Below are positions 6,967-16,189 of a DNA stretch of 28,326 nt, piece by piece. Below the pieces are notes generated by a model that was not told the origin of the DNA, searched no databases, and was given only the letters and a program-made list of their open reading frames with translations. The stretch lies in the IMG/VR virus record IMGVR_UViG_2529292734_000016. One strand, given 5' to 3'. Made by a program: the position numbers and the translations under genes. Each line of letters starts with the position of its first letter. The first letter of the stretch is position 1. Source of the DNA: a virus. Taxonomy: Duplodnaviria > Heunggongvirae > Uroviricota > Caudoviricetes.

Positions 6967-8700
6967 ATGAGCCGGAAATCTTACCCCAACGTAAATGCTG
7001 CCAATCAGTATGCCCGGGATGTCGTGCGCGGAAAGATTGTGGCCTGCCAGTTTGTGATTCAGGCCTGCCAGCGCCATCTTGATGACCTGATGGCGGAAAA
7101 AAGTAAGTCGTTTCGTTACCGCTTCGACAAGGACCTGGCTGAACGGGCCGCGAAATTTATTCAGCTGTTGCCGCACACCAAGGGGGAGTGGGCATTCAAA
7201 CGGATGCCCATCACGCTGGAGCCGTGGCAGCTCTTTGTGATCTGCTGTGCGTTTGGCTGGGTCAATAAAGGCACCCGGCTGCGCCGCTTCCGAGAGGTGT
7301 ACACCGAAATCCCCCGTAAGAACGGCAAATCAGCAATCTCTGCCGGTGTTGCCCTGTATTGTTTTGCCTGTGATAACGAGTTTGGCGCGGAAGTGTATTC
7401 CGGTGCCACGACAGAGAAACAGGCGTGGGAAGTCTTTCGCCCGGCGCGACTGATGTGTAAACGCACACCCATGCTGACGGAAGCGTTCGGGATTGAGGTT
7501 AACGCCTCAAACATGAACCGTCCGGAGGATGGCGCGCGGTTTGAACCGCTGATCGGCAACCCAGGTGATGGTTCATCACCCCACTGTGCCGTGGTTGATG
7601 AATATCACGAGCATGCCACCGATGCGCTTTATACCACAATGCTTACCGGGATGGGGGCGCGACGTCAGCCACTGATGTGGGCCATCACCACCGCCGGGTA
7701 CAACATTGAGGGGCCGTGCTACGACAAACGGCGGGAAGTCATCGAGATGCTCAACGGCTCGGTGCCTAACGATGAACTGTTCGGGATCATCTATACCGTT
7801 GATGAAGGTGACGACTGGACCGACCCGCAGGTGCTGGAAAAAGCCAATCCAAATATTGGCGTGTCGGTTTATCGCGAATTTTTGTTAAGTCAGCAGCAGC
7901 GTGCGAAAAATAATGCCCGTCTGGCAAACGTCTTTAAAACAAAACACCTCAATATCTGGGTGTCGGCGCGTTCGGCGTATTTCAACCTGGTGAGCTGGCA
8001 GAGCTGCGAGGATAAATCACTGACCCTTGAGCAGTTCGAGGGGCAGCCGTGCATTCTGGCCTTTGACCTGGCGCGTAAGCTGGATATGAACAGCATGGCG
8101 CGACTTTATACCCGCGAGATTGACGGTAAAACGCATTACTACAGTGTGGCCCCGCGTTTCTGGGTACCGTATGACACGGTGTACAGCGTCGAGAAAAATG
8201 AAGATCGCCGGACAGCCGAACGCTTTCAGAAATGGGTGGAAATGGGCGTTCTGACTGTTACCGCTGGTGCGGAGGTGGATTATCGCTACATCCTCGAGGA
8301 GGCCAAAGCGGCGAACAAAATCAGCCCGGTCAGTGAGTCACCCATCGACCCCTTCGGGGCGACCGGGCTGTCGCATGACCTTGCTGATGAAGACCTGAAC
8401 CCCATCACCATCATTCAGAACTACACCAACATGTCCGATCCGATGAAAGAGCTGGAAGCGGCGATTGAATCGGGGCGCTTTCATCATGACGGCAATCCCA
8501 TCATGACCTGGTGTATCGGCAACGTGGTCGGCAAAACCATTCCGGGTAACGATGATGTGGTGAAGCCTGTCAAGGAGCAGGCGGAAAACAAAATCGATGG
8601 TGCGGTTGCACTGATTATGGCGATCGGTCGGGCAATGCTCAAAGAACCCGACGATTTCCTCTCATCTCTTGATCCGGACGATGTTCTCTTAATTCTATGA
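6967..8700 (+). CDS. Terminase large subunit
   Basis: 577-aa protein with ATPase and nuclease regions typical of Terminase_1-type TerL; followed by portal, protease and capsid. Confidence 0.9.
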   Translation: MSRKSYPNVNAANQYARDVVRGKIVACQFVIQACQRHLDDLMAEKSKSFRYRFDKDLAERAAKFIQLLPHTKGEWAFKRMPITLEPWQLFVICCAFGWVNKGTRLRRFREVYTEIPRKNGKSAISAGVALYCFACDNEFGAEVYSGATTEKQAWEVFRPARLMCKRTPMLTEAFGIEVNASNMNRPEDGARFEPLIGNPGDGSSPHCAVVDEYHEHATDALYTTMLTGMGARRQPLMWAITTAGYNIEGPCYDKRREVIEMLNGSVPNDELFGIIYTVDEGDDWTDPQVLEKANPNIGVSVYREFLLSQQQRAKNNARLANVFKTKHLNIWVSARSAYFNLVSWQSCEDKSLTLEQFEGQPCILAFDLARKLDMNSMARLYTREIDGKTHYYSVAPRFWVPYDTVYSVEKNEDRRTAERFQKWVEMGVLTVTAGAEVDYRYILEEAKAANKISPVSESPIDPFGATGLSHDLADEDLNPITIIQNYTNMSDPMKELEAAIESGRFHHDGNPIMTWCIGNVVGKTIPGNDDVVKPVKEQAENKIDGAVALIMAIGRAMLKEPDDFLSSLDPDDVLLIL

Positions 8701-8858
8701 AATCACTAATTGCTGATGTTATCGGGTTGGCTGGTTTTGGCCTGCTTACGTGCGGGTTTTACCTGCAGTTTGGTATGGCTCCGGCTCTGATGCTGTCCGG
8801 CGGTTTACTGCTGGTGGGCGCACTGGCTATGGCCAGAAGGGGGACGCGTGCTGCTTGA
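8697..8858 (+). CDS. Small hydrophobic protein (53 aa) between terminase and portal
   Basis: Own translation: [53 protein letters not shown]; ATGA overlap with the TerL stop; two hydrophobic segments. Below the ORF-track length cut-off. Confidence 0.35.
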   Translation: MKSLIADVIGLAGFGLLTCGFYLQFGMAPALMLSGGLLLVGALAMARRGTRAA

Positions 8859-10074
8859 TGCTCTGTTCAGAAGTAAATCACTGGAAAATCCTTCCACCCC
8901 GATAACCGGGGATGCCGTTGATACTGATGGGCTGTTCCGGGCAGACGTTTATGTCAGTCCTGAAACTGCGATGAAACTGGCTGCGGTGTATTCCTGTATC
9001 TATGTCCTGTCTTCCAGCCTTGCCCAGATGCCGTTGCATGTTATGCGCAGGCACAATGGGAAGGTTGAGCCCGCACGCGATCATCCGGCGTTTTATCTGG
9101 TTCATGATGAGCCCAATACCTGGCAAACCAGTTACAAATGGCGCGAACTGAAGCAACGTCACATCCTTGGCTGGGGGAATGGGTATACCTGGGTGAAACG
9201 TAATCGTCGCGGTGAAGTCATATCCCTGGATTGCTGTATGCCGTGGGAAACGACGCTGATGAATACTGGTGGCCGATACACCTACGGTTTGTACAACGAA
9301 TATGGGGCGTTTGCGATCAGCCCCGACGATATGATCCACATCCGTGCGCTGGGTAATAATCAGAAGATGGGGCTGAGTCCGATTATGCAACATGCCGAAA
9401 CAATAGGCATGGGGATGAGCGGTCAGAAATACACAGAAAGCTTCTTCAGCGGTAATGCCCGTCCGGCGGGGATAGTATCCGTTAAAAGCGGACTCAATAA
9501 GGACAGCTGGGGCTGGCTTAAAGATCAGTGGCAGAAGGCATCGCAGGCGTTACGCCGCCAGGAAAACAAAACCATGCTGCTGCCAGCCGATCTGGATTAC
9601 AAGGCACTGACTGTGTCGCCAGTTGACGCTCAGATCATTGACATGATGAAACTGAACCGTTCAATGATTGCCGGTATTTTCAATATTCCTGCGCACATGA
9701 TTAATGACCTCGAAAAAGCCACCTTCTCCAATATTTCTGCGCAGGCGATTCAGTTTGTCCGCTACACGATGATGCCGTGGGTGACGAACTGGGAGCAGGA
9801 GCTTAACCGTCGCTTGTTTACCCGCGCTGAGTTAGCCGCCGGGTATTACGTCAGGTTCAATCTGACGGGGCTTTTACGCGGAACTCCGCAGGAGCGCGCG
9901 CAATTCTATCACTTCGCTATTACCGATGGATGGATGAGCCGTAATGAGGCCCGCGCATTCGAGGATATGAATCCGGTTGAAGGGCTGGATGAGATGCTGG
10001 TAAGCGTGAATGCTGCTAACCCGGCAGGAGATTTTAAGCCCCCAAAAAATGATGAGGGAAAAACCAATGAATGA
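8848..10074 (+). CDS. Portal protein (HK97 family)
   Basis: GTG start with GGGGGA upstream; N-terminal ENPSTP motif and overall portal-like sequence; position after TerL. Confidence 0.9.
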   Translation: MLLDALFRSKSLENPSTPITGDAVDTDGLFRADVYVSPETAMKLAAVYSCIYVLSSSLAQMPLHVMRRHNGKVEPARDHPAFYLVHDEPNTWQTSYKWRELKQRHILGWGNGYTWVKRNRRGEVISLDCCMPWETTLMNTGGRYTYGLYNEYGAFAISPDDMIHIRALGNNQKMGLSPIMQHAETIGMGMSGQKYTESFFSGNARPAGIVSVKSGLNKDSWGWLKDQWQKASQALRRQENKTMLLPADLDYKALTVSPVDAQIIDMMKLNRSMIAGIFNIPAHMINDLEKATFSNISAQAIQFVRYTMMPWVTNWEQELNRRLFTRAELAAGYYVRFNLTGLLRGTPQERAQFYHFAITDGWMSRNEARAFEDMNPVEGLDEMLVSVNAANPAGDFKPPKNDEGKTNE

Positions 10075-10669
10075 CCGTGAAATCCGTTGTTACAGCGGTG
10101 AGGTGCGTGCTGAGCGGCATGACGATAACCCTGCGCACATTATCGGTTATGGATCGGTGTTTGACTGTCGTTCTGAGCTGATATTTGGTTCATTCCGCGA
10201 AATCATCCGGCCCGGCGCTTTTGACGATGTGCTTGGTGATGATGTACGCGCACTGTTTAACCACGATCCTAATTTTATTCTTGGGCGTAGTGCAGCAGGC
10301 ACGCTGAATCTTTCAGTTGATGAGCGCGGATTGCGCTATGACATCCAGGCTCCGGAGACACAGACCATTCGTGATCTGGTGCTGGCCCCGATGCAACGTG
10401 GAGATATTAACCAGTCATCTTTTGCTTTCCGTGTCGCCCGTGACGGCGAGGAGTGGTATCAGGATGAGGACGGGGTTGTTATTCGCGAGATAACCCGCTT
10501 TTCCCGTCTGCTGGATGTCAGTCCTGTGACATATCCTGCCTATCAGGAGGCTGACTCGGCTGTTCGCTCCATGAAAGCATGGCAGGAGGCGCGCAACAGC
10601 GGCGCGCTACAGAAAGCCATTAATCAACGTATGGCGCGTGAGCGCGTCCTGACCCTTCTTAACGCGTAA
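10067..10669 (+). CDS. Prohead protease (HK97 family, peptidase U35)
   Basis: Start at ATG 10067 (MNDREIRCYSGEV) overlapping the portal stop; typical prohead-protease sequence and position before the major capsid gene. Confidence 0.85.
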   Translation: MNDREIRCYSGEVRAERHDDNPAHIIGYGSVFDCRSELIFGSFREIIRPGAFDDVLGDDVRALFNHDPNFILGRSAAGTLNLSVDERGLRYDIQAPETQTIRDLVLAPMQRGDINQSSFAFRVARDGEEWYQDEDGVVIREITRFSRLLDVSPVTYPAYQEADSAVRSMKAWQEARNSGALQKAINQRMARERVLTLLNA

Positions 10670-10679
10670 AGGAAACATC

Positions 10680-11909
10680 ATGAAACTGCATGAACTGAAA
10701 CAGAAACGTAATACTATCGCAACTGACATGCGTGCCCTGAATGAAAAAATTGGTGATAACGCATGGACGGAAGAGCAGCGCACTGAGTGGAACAAAGCAA
10801 AATCCGAACTGGAAGCGCTTGATGAACGAATTGCACGCGAAGAAGAACTGCGTCGTCAGGATCAGGCGTACATTGAAAGCAATGAGGAAGAGCAGCGTCA
10901 GAATCTTGATCCGGAAAACAATCCGCAACAGGATGAGAAACGAGCTCAGGTTTTTGATAAGTGGATGCGTCACGGTGCCAGTGAGCTGACATCAGAAGAA
11001 CGAAAGGCGTTGCGTGAACTTCGTGCCCAGGGCGTAGCTCAGGATGAAAAGGGCGGATATACCGTACCAGAAACATTCCTGGCGAAAGTTGTTGAGAAGA
11101 TGAAGTCCTACGGTGGCATCGCCAGTGTGGCGCAGATTCTTACCACTTCTGACGGTCGCACTATGGAGTGGGCAACAGCTGATGGTACTTCCGAAGTTGG
11201 TGTTCTGCTGGGCGAAAATGAAGAAGCCGGTGAAGAAGACACCGATTTCGGTATGGGAAGTCTTGGGGCGCTCAAAATGACATCGAAAATCATTCGTGTG
11301 TCTAATGAGTTGCTGCAGGACAGCGCGATCGATATGGAAGCTTATCTTGCCCGTCGTATTGCTGAACGTATTGGTCGTGGTGAAGCCCGTTATCTGATTC
11401 AGGGAACTGGTGCTGGTACGCCTAAACAACCCAAAGGGCTGGTCGCATCTGTGACCGGCACAACACAGACTGCCGCGGCAAATACGGTGAAGTGGCAGGA
11501 AATTCTGGCTCTGAAACACAGCATTGATCCTGCATATCGTCGCGGGCCGAAATTCCGCCTGGCGTTTAACGATAATACGCTGAAACTGATCAGTGAGATG
11601 GAAGACGGTCAGGGACGCCCTTTATGGTTGCCGGATATTGTTGGTGTGGCACCTGCTTCAGTGTTGAATGTACCGTATGTCATTGATCAGGAAATTGATG
11701 ATATCGGGGCGGGTAAAAAATTCATGTTCTGTGGTGACTTTGATCGCTTCATTATCCGTCGTGTGCGATACATGATTCTTAAACGTCTGGTTGAGCGTTA
11801 CGCGGAATATGATCAGACCGGTTTTCTGGCCTTCCATCGTTTTGACTGTATCCTGGAAGACACCTCTGCCATTAAAGCGCTGGTGGGGAAAGGTAGCGTT
11901 GGTGGTTGA
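10680..11909 (+). CDS. Major capsid protein (HK97 family)
   Basis: 409-aa protein with an N-terminal coiled-coil delta-domain-like region and HK97-fold-like body, following the prohead protease. Confidence 0.9.
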   Translation: MKLHELKQKRNTIATDMRALNEKIGDNAWTEEQRTEWNKAKSELEALDERIAREEELRRQDQAYIESNEEEQRQNLDPENNPQQDEKRAQVFDKWMRHGASELTSEERKALRELRAQGVAQDEKGGYTVPETFLAKVVEKMKSYGGIASVAQILTTSDGRTMEWATADGTSEVGVLLGENEEAGEEDTDFGMGSLGALKMTSKIIRVSNELLQDSAIDMEAYLARRIAERIGRGEARYLIQGTGAGTPKQPKGLVASVTGTTQTAAANTVKWQEILALKHSIDPAYRRGPKFRLAFNDNTLKLISEMEDGQGRPLWLPDIVGVAPASVLNVPYVIDQEIDDIGAGKKFMFCGDFDRFIIRRVRYMILKRLVERYAEYDQTGFLAFHRFDCILEDTSAIKALVGKGSVGG

Positions 11910-11935
11910 TTAGTCTTTTTACGTAATACAGCACG

Positions 11936-11977
11936 CCGCGTAATGCGGTTTTTTTGTGCCCGCGTTCTGGCGGGCAC
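11936..11977 (+). terminator. Tandem hairpins after the major capsid gene (short terminator-like hairpin with a T run, then an 8-bp stem)
   Basis: CCGC-GTAAT-GCGG followed by TTTTTTT, then GTGCCCGC-GTTCTG-GCGGGCAC immediately before the AGGAGG of the next gene. Confidence 0.4.
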
Positions 11978-11987
11978 AGGAGGTTTT

Positions 11988-12311
11988 ATGCTGTTAAAAA
12001 TGGAAGAGATTAAGCTTCAGCTCCGTCTGGATGATGATTTCTCTGATGAAGATGAGTTGCTTGAACTGCTTGGTAAGGCCGCTCAGAGTCGTACGGAAAA
12101 CTTCCTTAACCGTAAGTTGTATGCAACCGCAGATGACAGGCCTGCGGATGATCCTGATGGGCTTGTGATATCTGATGATGTGAAGCTGGCGCTTCTGCTA
12201 CTTGTCAGCCATTTCTACGAAAACCGCTCAACGGTTACAGACGTTGAGAAAATGGAGTTGCCAATGAGTTTTAACTGGTTGGTTGTTCCTTATCGCCTTA
12301 TACCACTATGA
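11988..12311 (+). CDS. Head-tail connector protein (gp6-like)
   Basis: ATG at 11988 with AGGAGG upstream; small acidic protein in the first post-capsid position. Confidence 0.55.
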   Translation: MLLKMEEIKLQLRLDDDFSDEDELLELLGKAAQSRTENFLNRKLYATADDRPADDPDGLVISDDVKLALLLLVSHFYENRSTVTDVEKMELPMSFNWLVVPYRLIPL

Positions 12312-12718
12312 AAATTCGTCAGGCGCAGACCAGCGCAACCTACATTCTGCCGGACCCCGGCGAACTGAATAAACGCGTCCTGATCCGCCAGCGGGTGGAT
12401 ATGCCCGCGGATAACTTTGGCGTGGAGCCTCAATACCCGGTTGCGTTCCGGGCATGGGCGAAGGTTATCCAGACCAGTGCCACCACCTGGCAGGAAACCG
12501 CGCAGACCGGAGACGCCATCACCCATTACATCACCATTCGCTACCGCCGGGGGATCACTGCTGATTATGAGGTGGTCTGTGATGACAGTGTGTACCGGGT
12601 GAAACGTCAGCGCGATCTGAACGGGGCGCGGCGCTTTCTGCTGCTGGAGTGTACGGAACTGGGCGAATTTACGCAGAGTCACGGAGGCAGCAATGGCGAC
12701 TCCCTTTTTTCACGTTGA
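12308..12718 (+). CDS. Head-tail joining / head closure protein
   Basis: ATGA overlap with the upstream gene; size and position typical of HK97 gp7-like head-tail adaptors. Confidence 0.55.
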   Translation: MKIRQAQTSATYILPDPGELNKRVLIRQRVDMPADNFGVEPQYPVAFRAWAKVIQTSATTWQETAQTGDAITHYITIRYRRGITADYEVVCDDSVYRVKRQRDLNGARRFLLLECTELGEFTQSHGGSNGDSLFSR

Positions 12719-13199
12719 TGTTCAGCAGCCCGCGGAGATGCGCTTTAACCGCGCCCGTGTCCGGCGGGCGTTTGTCACGATTGGGCAGCGTCATATGCGT
12801 GATGCCCGTCGGCTGGTGATGCGCCGTGCGCGGTCGGCACCGGGTGAAAACCCCGGTTATCAGACCGGACGCCTGGCTCGTTCGATTGGTTACATGGTGC
12901 CGAGAGCCAGTAAAAAGCGAGCCGGTTTTATGACACGCATTGCCCCTAACCAGCGCAACGGGAAGGGGAACCGGATGATCTCTGGTGACTTCTATCCGGC
13001 GTTTCTGTTTTTTGGTGTCCGGGGAGGAGCAAAACGTCGTCGTAGTCATCATCGTGGTGCATCCGGTGGCAGCGGCTGGCGGCTGGCTCCACGTAATAAC
13101 TTTATGGTGGAAACGCTTGAAAAGAACCGCAGCTGGACACGCTATTTTCTGGCGCGGGAATTGCGTAAATCACTGAAGCCGGAGCGACGACACAGATGA
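12693..13199 (+). CDS. HK97 gp10-like virion morphogenesis / tail completion protein
   Basis: Basic 168-aa protein in the head-tail joining block. Confidence 0.5.
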   Translation: MATPFFHVDVQQPAEMRFNRARVRRAFVTIGQRHMRDARRLVMRRARSAPGENPGYQTGRLARSIGYMVPRASKKRAGFMTRIAPNQRNGKGNRMISGDFYPAFLFFGVRGGAKRRRSHHRGASGGSGWRLAPRNNFMVETLEKNRSWTRYFLARELRKSLKPERRHR

Positions 13200-13756
13200 A
13201 ACTGACGCCTGTTATTGCTGCGCTGCGTGCCCGCTGCCCGTATTTTGAAAACCGGGTGGCAGGCGCGGCACAGTTCAAAAATCTGCCGGAGGTCGGAAAG
13301 CTGAGACTCCCGGCGGCGTATGTGGTACCGGGTGATGACTCTCCGGGAGAAAACAAAAGCCAGACCGACTACTGGCAGGAGCTGAAAGAGGGCTTCTCCG
13401 TGGTTGTCATACTGAGTAACGGGCGTGATGAGCGCGGTCAGTTTGCCTCGTATGATGTGGTGGACGATGTCCGGCAGATGCTCTTTAAGGCTCTGCTGGG
13501 CTGGAACCCGGAAGCGTGCGGTAACCCGATTACCTATGACGGCGGCACGCTGCTGGATCTGAATCGTCATGAGCTGATTTATCAGTTTGATTTTTCGGTC
13601 ATCAGCGAGCTGACCGAAGACGATACCCGCCAGCAGGATGACCTGAACAGTCTGGATGAACTGCGAACGCTGGCGATTGATGTTGATTATCTCGATCCCG
13701 GTAACGGGCCTGACGGCGATATCGAACATCACACCGAAATAACCCTTCCTTCCTGA
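13196..13756 (+). CDS. Tail terminator-like protein (Mu-like tail module)
   Basis: ATGA overlap with the upstream gene; position immediately before the small ORF and sheath gene, as in Mu-like tail clusters. Confidence 0.45.
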   Translation: MKLTPVIAALRARCPYFENRVAGAAQFKNLPEVGKLRLPAAYVVPGDDSPGENKSQTDYWQELKEGFSVVVILSNGRDERGQFASYDVVDDVRQMLFKALLGWNPEACGNPITYDGGTLLDLNRHELIYQFDFSVISELTEDDTRQQDDLNSLDELRTLAIDVDYLDPGNGPDGDIEHHTEITLPS

Positions 13757-13764
13757 GAATCTTC

Positions 13765-13935
13765 ATGTTTGTCAAACCTGTTAAAGGGCGGTCAGTTCCT
13801 GACCCTGCCCGCGGCGACCTTTTGCCCGCCGAAGGGCGAAATGTTGACGAGAACAACTACTGGCTGCGCCGTGAAGCAGCGGGTGATATCCGGCGCGTGA
13901 ATAAAAAGGTGAATACCGATGACGATGAGCTTTAA
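13765..13935 (+). CDS. Small protein (56 aa) upstream of the sheath gene, DUF2635-like by position
   Basis: Own translation: MFVKPVKGRSVPDPARGDLLPAEGRNVDENNYWLRREAAGDIRRVNKKVNTDDDEL; overlaps the sheath start. Below the ORF-track length cut-off. Confidence 0.35.
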   Translation: MFVKPVKGRSVPDPARGDLLPAEGRNVDENNYWLRREAAGDIRRVNKKVNTDDDEL

Positions 13936-15415
13936 CACCATTCCGTCGAATACGCTGGTTCCGATTTTTTATGCGGAAATGGATAACCAGGCGGCGAATA
14001 CTGCACAGGATAGCGGAGCATCGCTGCTGATTGGTCATGCCAATAACGGTGCAGAGATTGTTGCCAACAGTCTGGTGCTGATGCCATCGGCAGACTATGC
14101 ACGCCAGATTTGTGGTGCGGGAAGTCAGCTGGCGCGTATGGTCGAGGCTTATCGCCAGACCGACCCGTTTGGTGAGCTGTATGTGATTGCCGTTCCGGAA
14201 GCCACAGGCGCGGCGGCAACGGTTACGCTGACGGTGACCGGGGAAGCAACCGAAAGCGGCACGGTGAATGTCTATGTGGGACGTACCCGCGTGCAGGCTC
14301 CGGTGACCAACGGCGATAACGTCACGACGATTGCCAGCAGTATCAAAGATGCCATCAATGCCGTTCCGGCCCTGCCGTTTACGGCTTCATCTTCGGCAGG
14401 TGTGGTCACACTGACCGCGCGTCATAAGGGGCTTTGCGGGAATGAAATTCCTGTCAGCCTCAATTACTACGGCTTTGGTGGGGGCGAAGTGCTGCCAGCG
14501 GGCGTACAGATTGCCGTGGCGACGGGTACCGCCGGAACGGGTGCTCCGGTTCTCACCGGCGCGGTGGCTGCAATGGCGGATGAGCCGTTTGATTATATCG
14601 GCCTGCCGTTCAACGACACGGCCTCCGTTAACACGCTGGTGACCGAGATGAACGATACCAGCGGTCGCTGGAGCTATGCGCGTCAGCTGTATGGTCATGT
14701 GTATACGGCAAAGATCGGCACGCTGTCAGAACTGGTGACCGCAGGTGACCAGTTTAACCAGCAGCACATTACCCTGGCGGGGTACGAAAAAGAGACCCAG
14801 ACGCCTGCCGACGAACTGGCGGCAAGCCGTACCGCCCGCGCAGCGGTGTTTATTCGCAACGATCCGGCACGTCCCACGCAGACCGGTGAGCTGGTGGGTA
14901 TGCTGCCTGCGCCGAAGGGGAAACGGTTCACGATGACCGAACAACAGACCCTGCTGTCTCATGGCGTGGCAACGGCGTATGTCGAAAGCGGGGTACTGCG
15001 CATTCAGCGTGATGTCACCACGTACAGGAAAAACGCTTACGGGGTTGCGGATAACAGCTACCTCGACAGTGAGACACTGCATACCAGCGCGTATGTACTG
15101 CGCAAACTGAAATCCGTCATTACCAGTAAGTACGGGCGTCACAAGCTTGCCAGTGACGGTACCCGCTTTGGTCCCGGTCAGGCGATTGTCACCCCGGCGG
15201 TGATCAAAGGGGAACTGCTGGCAACCTACCGTCAGCTTGAGCGTGCGGGGATCGTGGAAAACTACGAACTGTTTAAGCAGTACCTGGTTGTGGAGCGTGA
15301 TGCCAGCGATCCGAACCGCCTGAACACGCTGTTCCCGCCTGACTATGTTAACCAGTTGCGTGTCTTTGCCGTGGTTAACCAGTTCCGTCTTCAGTATTCA
15401 GAGGAGTCTGCATAA
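13919..15415 (+). CDS. Tail sheath protein (Mu gpL-like)
   Basis: 498-aa protein followed by tube, chaperone and tape-measure genes; AAGGTG 7 nt upstream of the ATG. Confidence 0.85.
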   Translation: MTMSFNTIPSNTLVPIFYAEMDNQAANTAQDSGASLLIGHANNGAEIVANSLVLMPSADYARQICGAGSQLARMVEAYRQTDPFGELYVIAVPEATGAAATVTLTVTGEATESGTVNVYVGRTRVQAPVTNGDNVTTIASSIKDAINAVPALPFTASSSAGVVTLTARHKGLCGNEIPVSLNYYGFGGGEVLPAGVQIAVATGTAGTGAPVLTGAVAAMADEPFDYIGLPFNDTASVNTLVTEMNDTSGRWSYARQLYGHVYTAKIGTLSELVTAGDQFNQQHITLAGYEKETQTPADELAASRTARAAVFIRNDPARPTQTGELVGMLPAPKGKRFTMTEQQTLLSHGVATAYVESGVLRIQRDVTTYRKNAYGVADNSYLDSETLHTSAYVLRKLKSVITSKYGRHKLASDGTRFGPGQAIVTPAVIKGELLATYRQLERAGIVENYELFKQYLVVERDASDPNRLNTLFPPDYVNQLRVFAVVNQFRLQYSEESA

Positions 15416-15771
15416 TGGCCCGTATCGGGGGAACCTGTTATTTCAAAATTGACGGTCAACAGCTATCGCTGACCGGCGGCATTGAGGTGCCCATGAACAG
15501 GACGGTCAATGATGACATCATCGGCCTGGACGGTTCAGTGGACCGCAAGGAAACTCACCGTGCGCCTTATGTCAAAGGGACCTTCAAGGTGCCGAAGAAT
15601 TTTCCGGTGAGCAAAATCACCTCGTCTGATGAGATGACCATCACTGCCGAGCTGGCGAACGGTCAGGTCTATGTATTGTCGTCCGCCTGGCTGCACGGCG
15701 AAGCGAACCATAATGCCGAAGAAGGCACGGTTGATCTTGAGTTCCACGGTGAAGAAGGGGATTACCAGTAA
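15415..15771 (+). CDS. Tail tube protein (Mu gpM-like)
   Basis: 118-aa protein directly after the sheath gene, with a TAATG stop/start overlap. Confidence 0.8.
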   Translation: MARIGGTCYFKIDGQQLSLTGGIEVPMNRTVNDDIIGLDGSVDRKETHRAPYVKGTFKVPKNFPVSKITSSDEMTITAELANGQVYVLSSAWLHGEANHNAEEGTVDLEFHGEEGDYQ

Positions 15772-16040
15772 TGAAAGAGCTTGAGTTAAAGAAACCGATT
15801 ATCGCTCATGGTGAGACACTCTCCGTACTGGAGTTTGATGAGCCCACCGGGAAGGATGTCCGCGAGCTGGGGTATCCCTACCAGATGAATCAGGATGAGT
15901 CAGTCAAACTTCTGGCGCATGTGGTGTCGAAATACATTGTGCGGCTGGCGAAAGTGCCGCAAAGCTCTGTCGACCAGATGTCTCCGGCAGACCTGAATGC
16001 AGCGGCGTGGCTTGTGGCTGGTTTTTTCCTCCAGGCCTGA
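15771..16040 (+). CDS. Tail assembly chaperone, short form
   Basis: Small acidic protein between tube and tape measure; contains the slippery site near its 3' end. Confidence 0.7.
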   Translation: MKELELKKPIIAHGETLSVLEFDEPTGKDVRELGYPYQMNQDESVKLLAHVVSKYIVRLAKVPQSSVDQMSPADLNAAAWLVAGFFLQA

Positions 16041-16189
16041 CGGCTGAATACCTCACTGATCGCTTCTTTGACTGCGCCAGCTACTGGCGCATTAATCCTT
16101 TCGAATTGCTGAATATGCCGATCAGTGAAATTCCCTTACTGGTCAGTCAGGCAAACAGGATAGAGCAGGAGAAACGCACACATGGCTGA
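15771..16189 (+). CDS. Tail assembly chaperone, predicted -1 frameshift extended form
   Basis: The -1 frame after the slippery heptamer is open to 16189 and matches the 16007..16189 ORF from FFPPGLTAEYL onward. Confidence 0.5.
16022..16028 (+). promoter_or_regulatory. Programmed -1 ribosomal frameshift slippery heptamer T_TTT_TTC
   Basis: Zero-frame codons are ttt (16023-25) and ttc (16026-28), preceded by t at 16022. Confidence 0.55.

Noticed and set aside
8878-9393. Minus-strand 171-aa ORF inside the portal gene; likewise 10992..11519, 13142..13732, 17499..17987, 19379..19876, 21606..22064, 23490..23888 and 26907..27470 on the minus strand
   Set aside because: Antisense frames lying within strongly supported structural genes or dusA; typical GC-rich antisense open frames with no independent signals.
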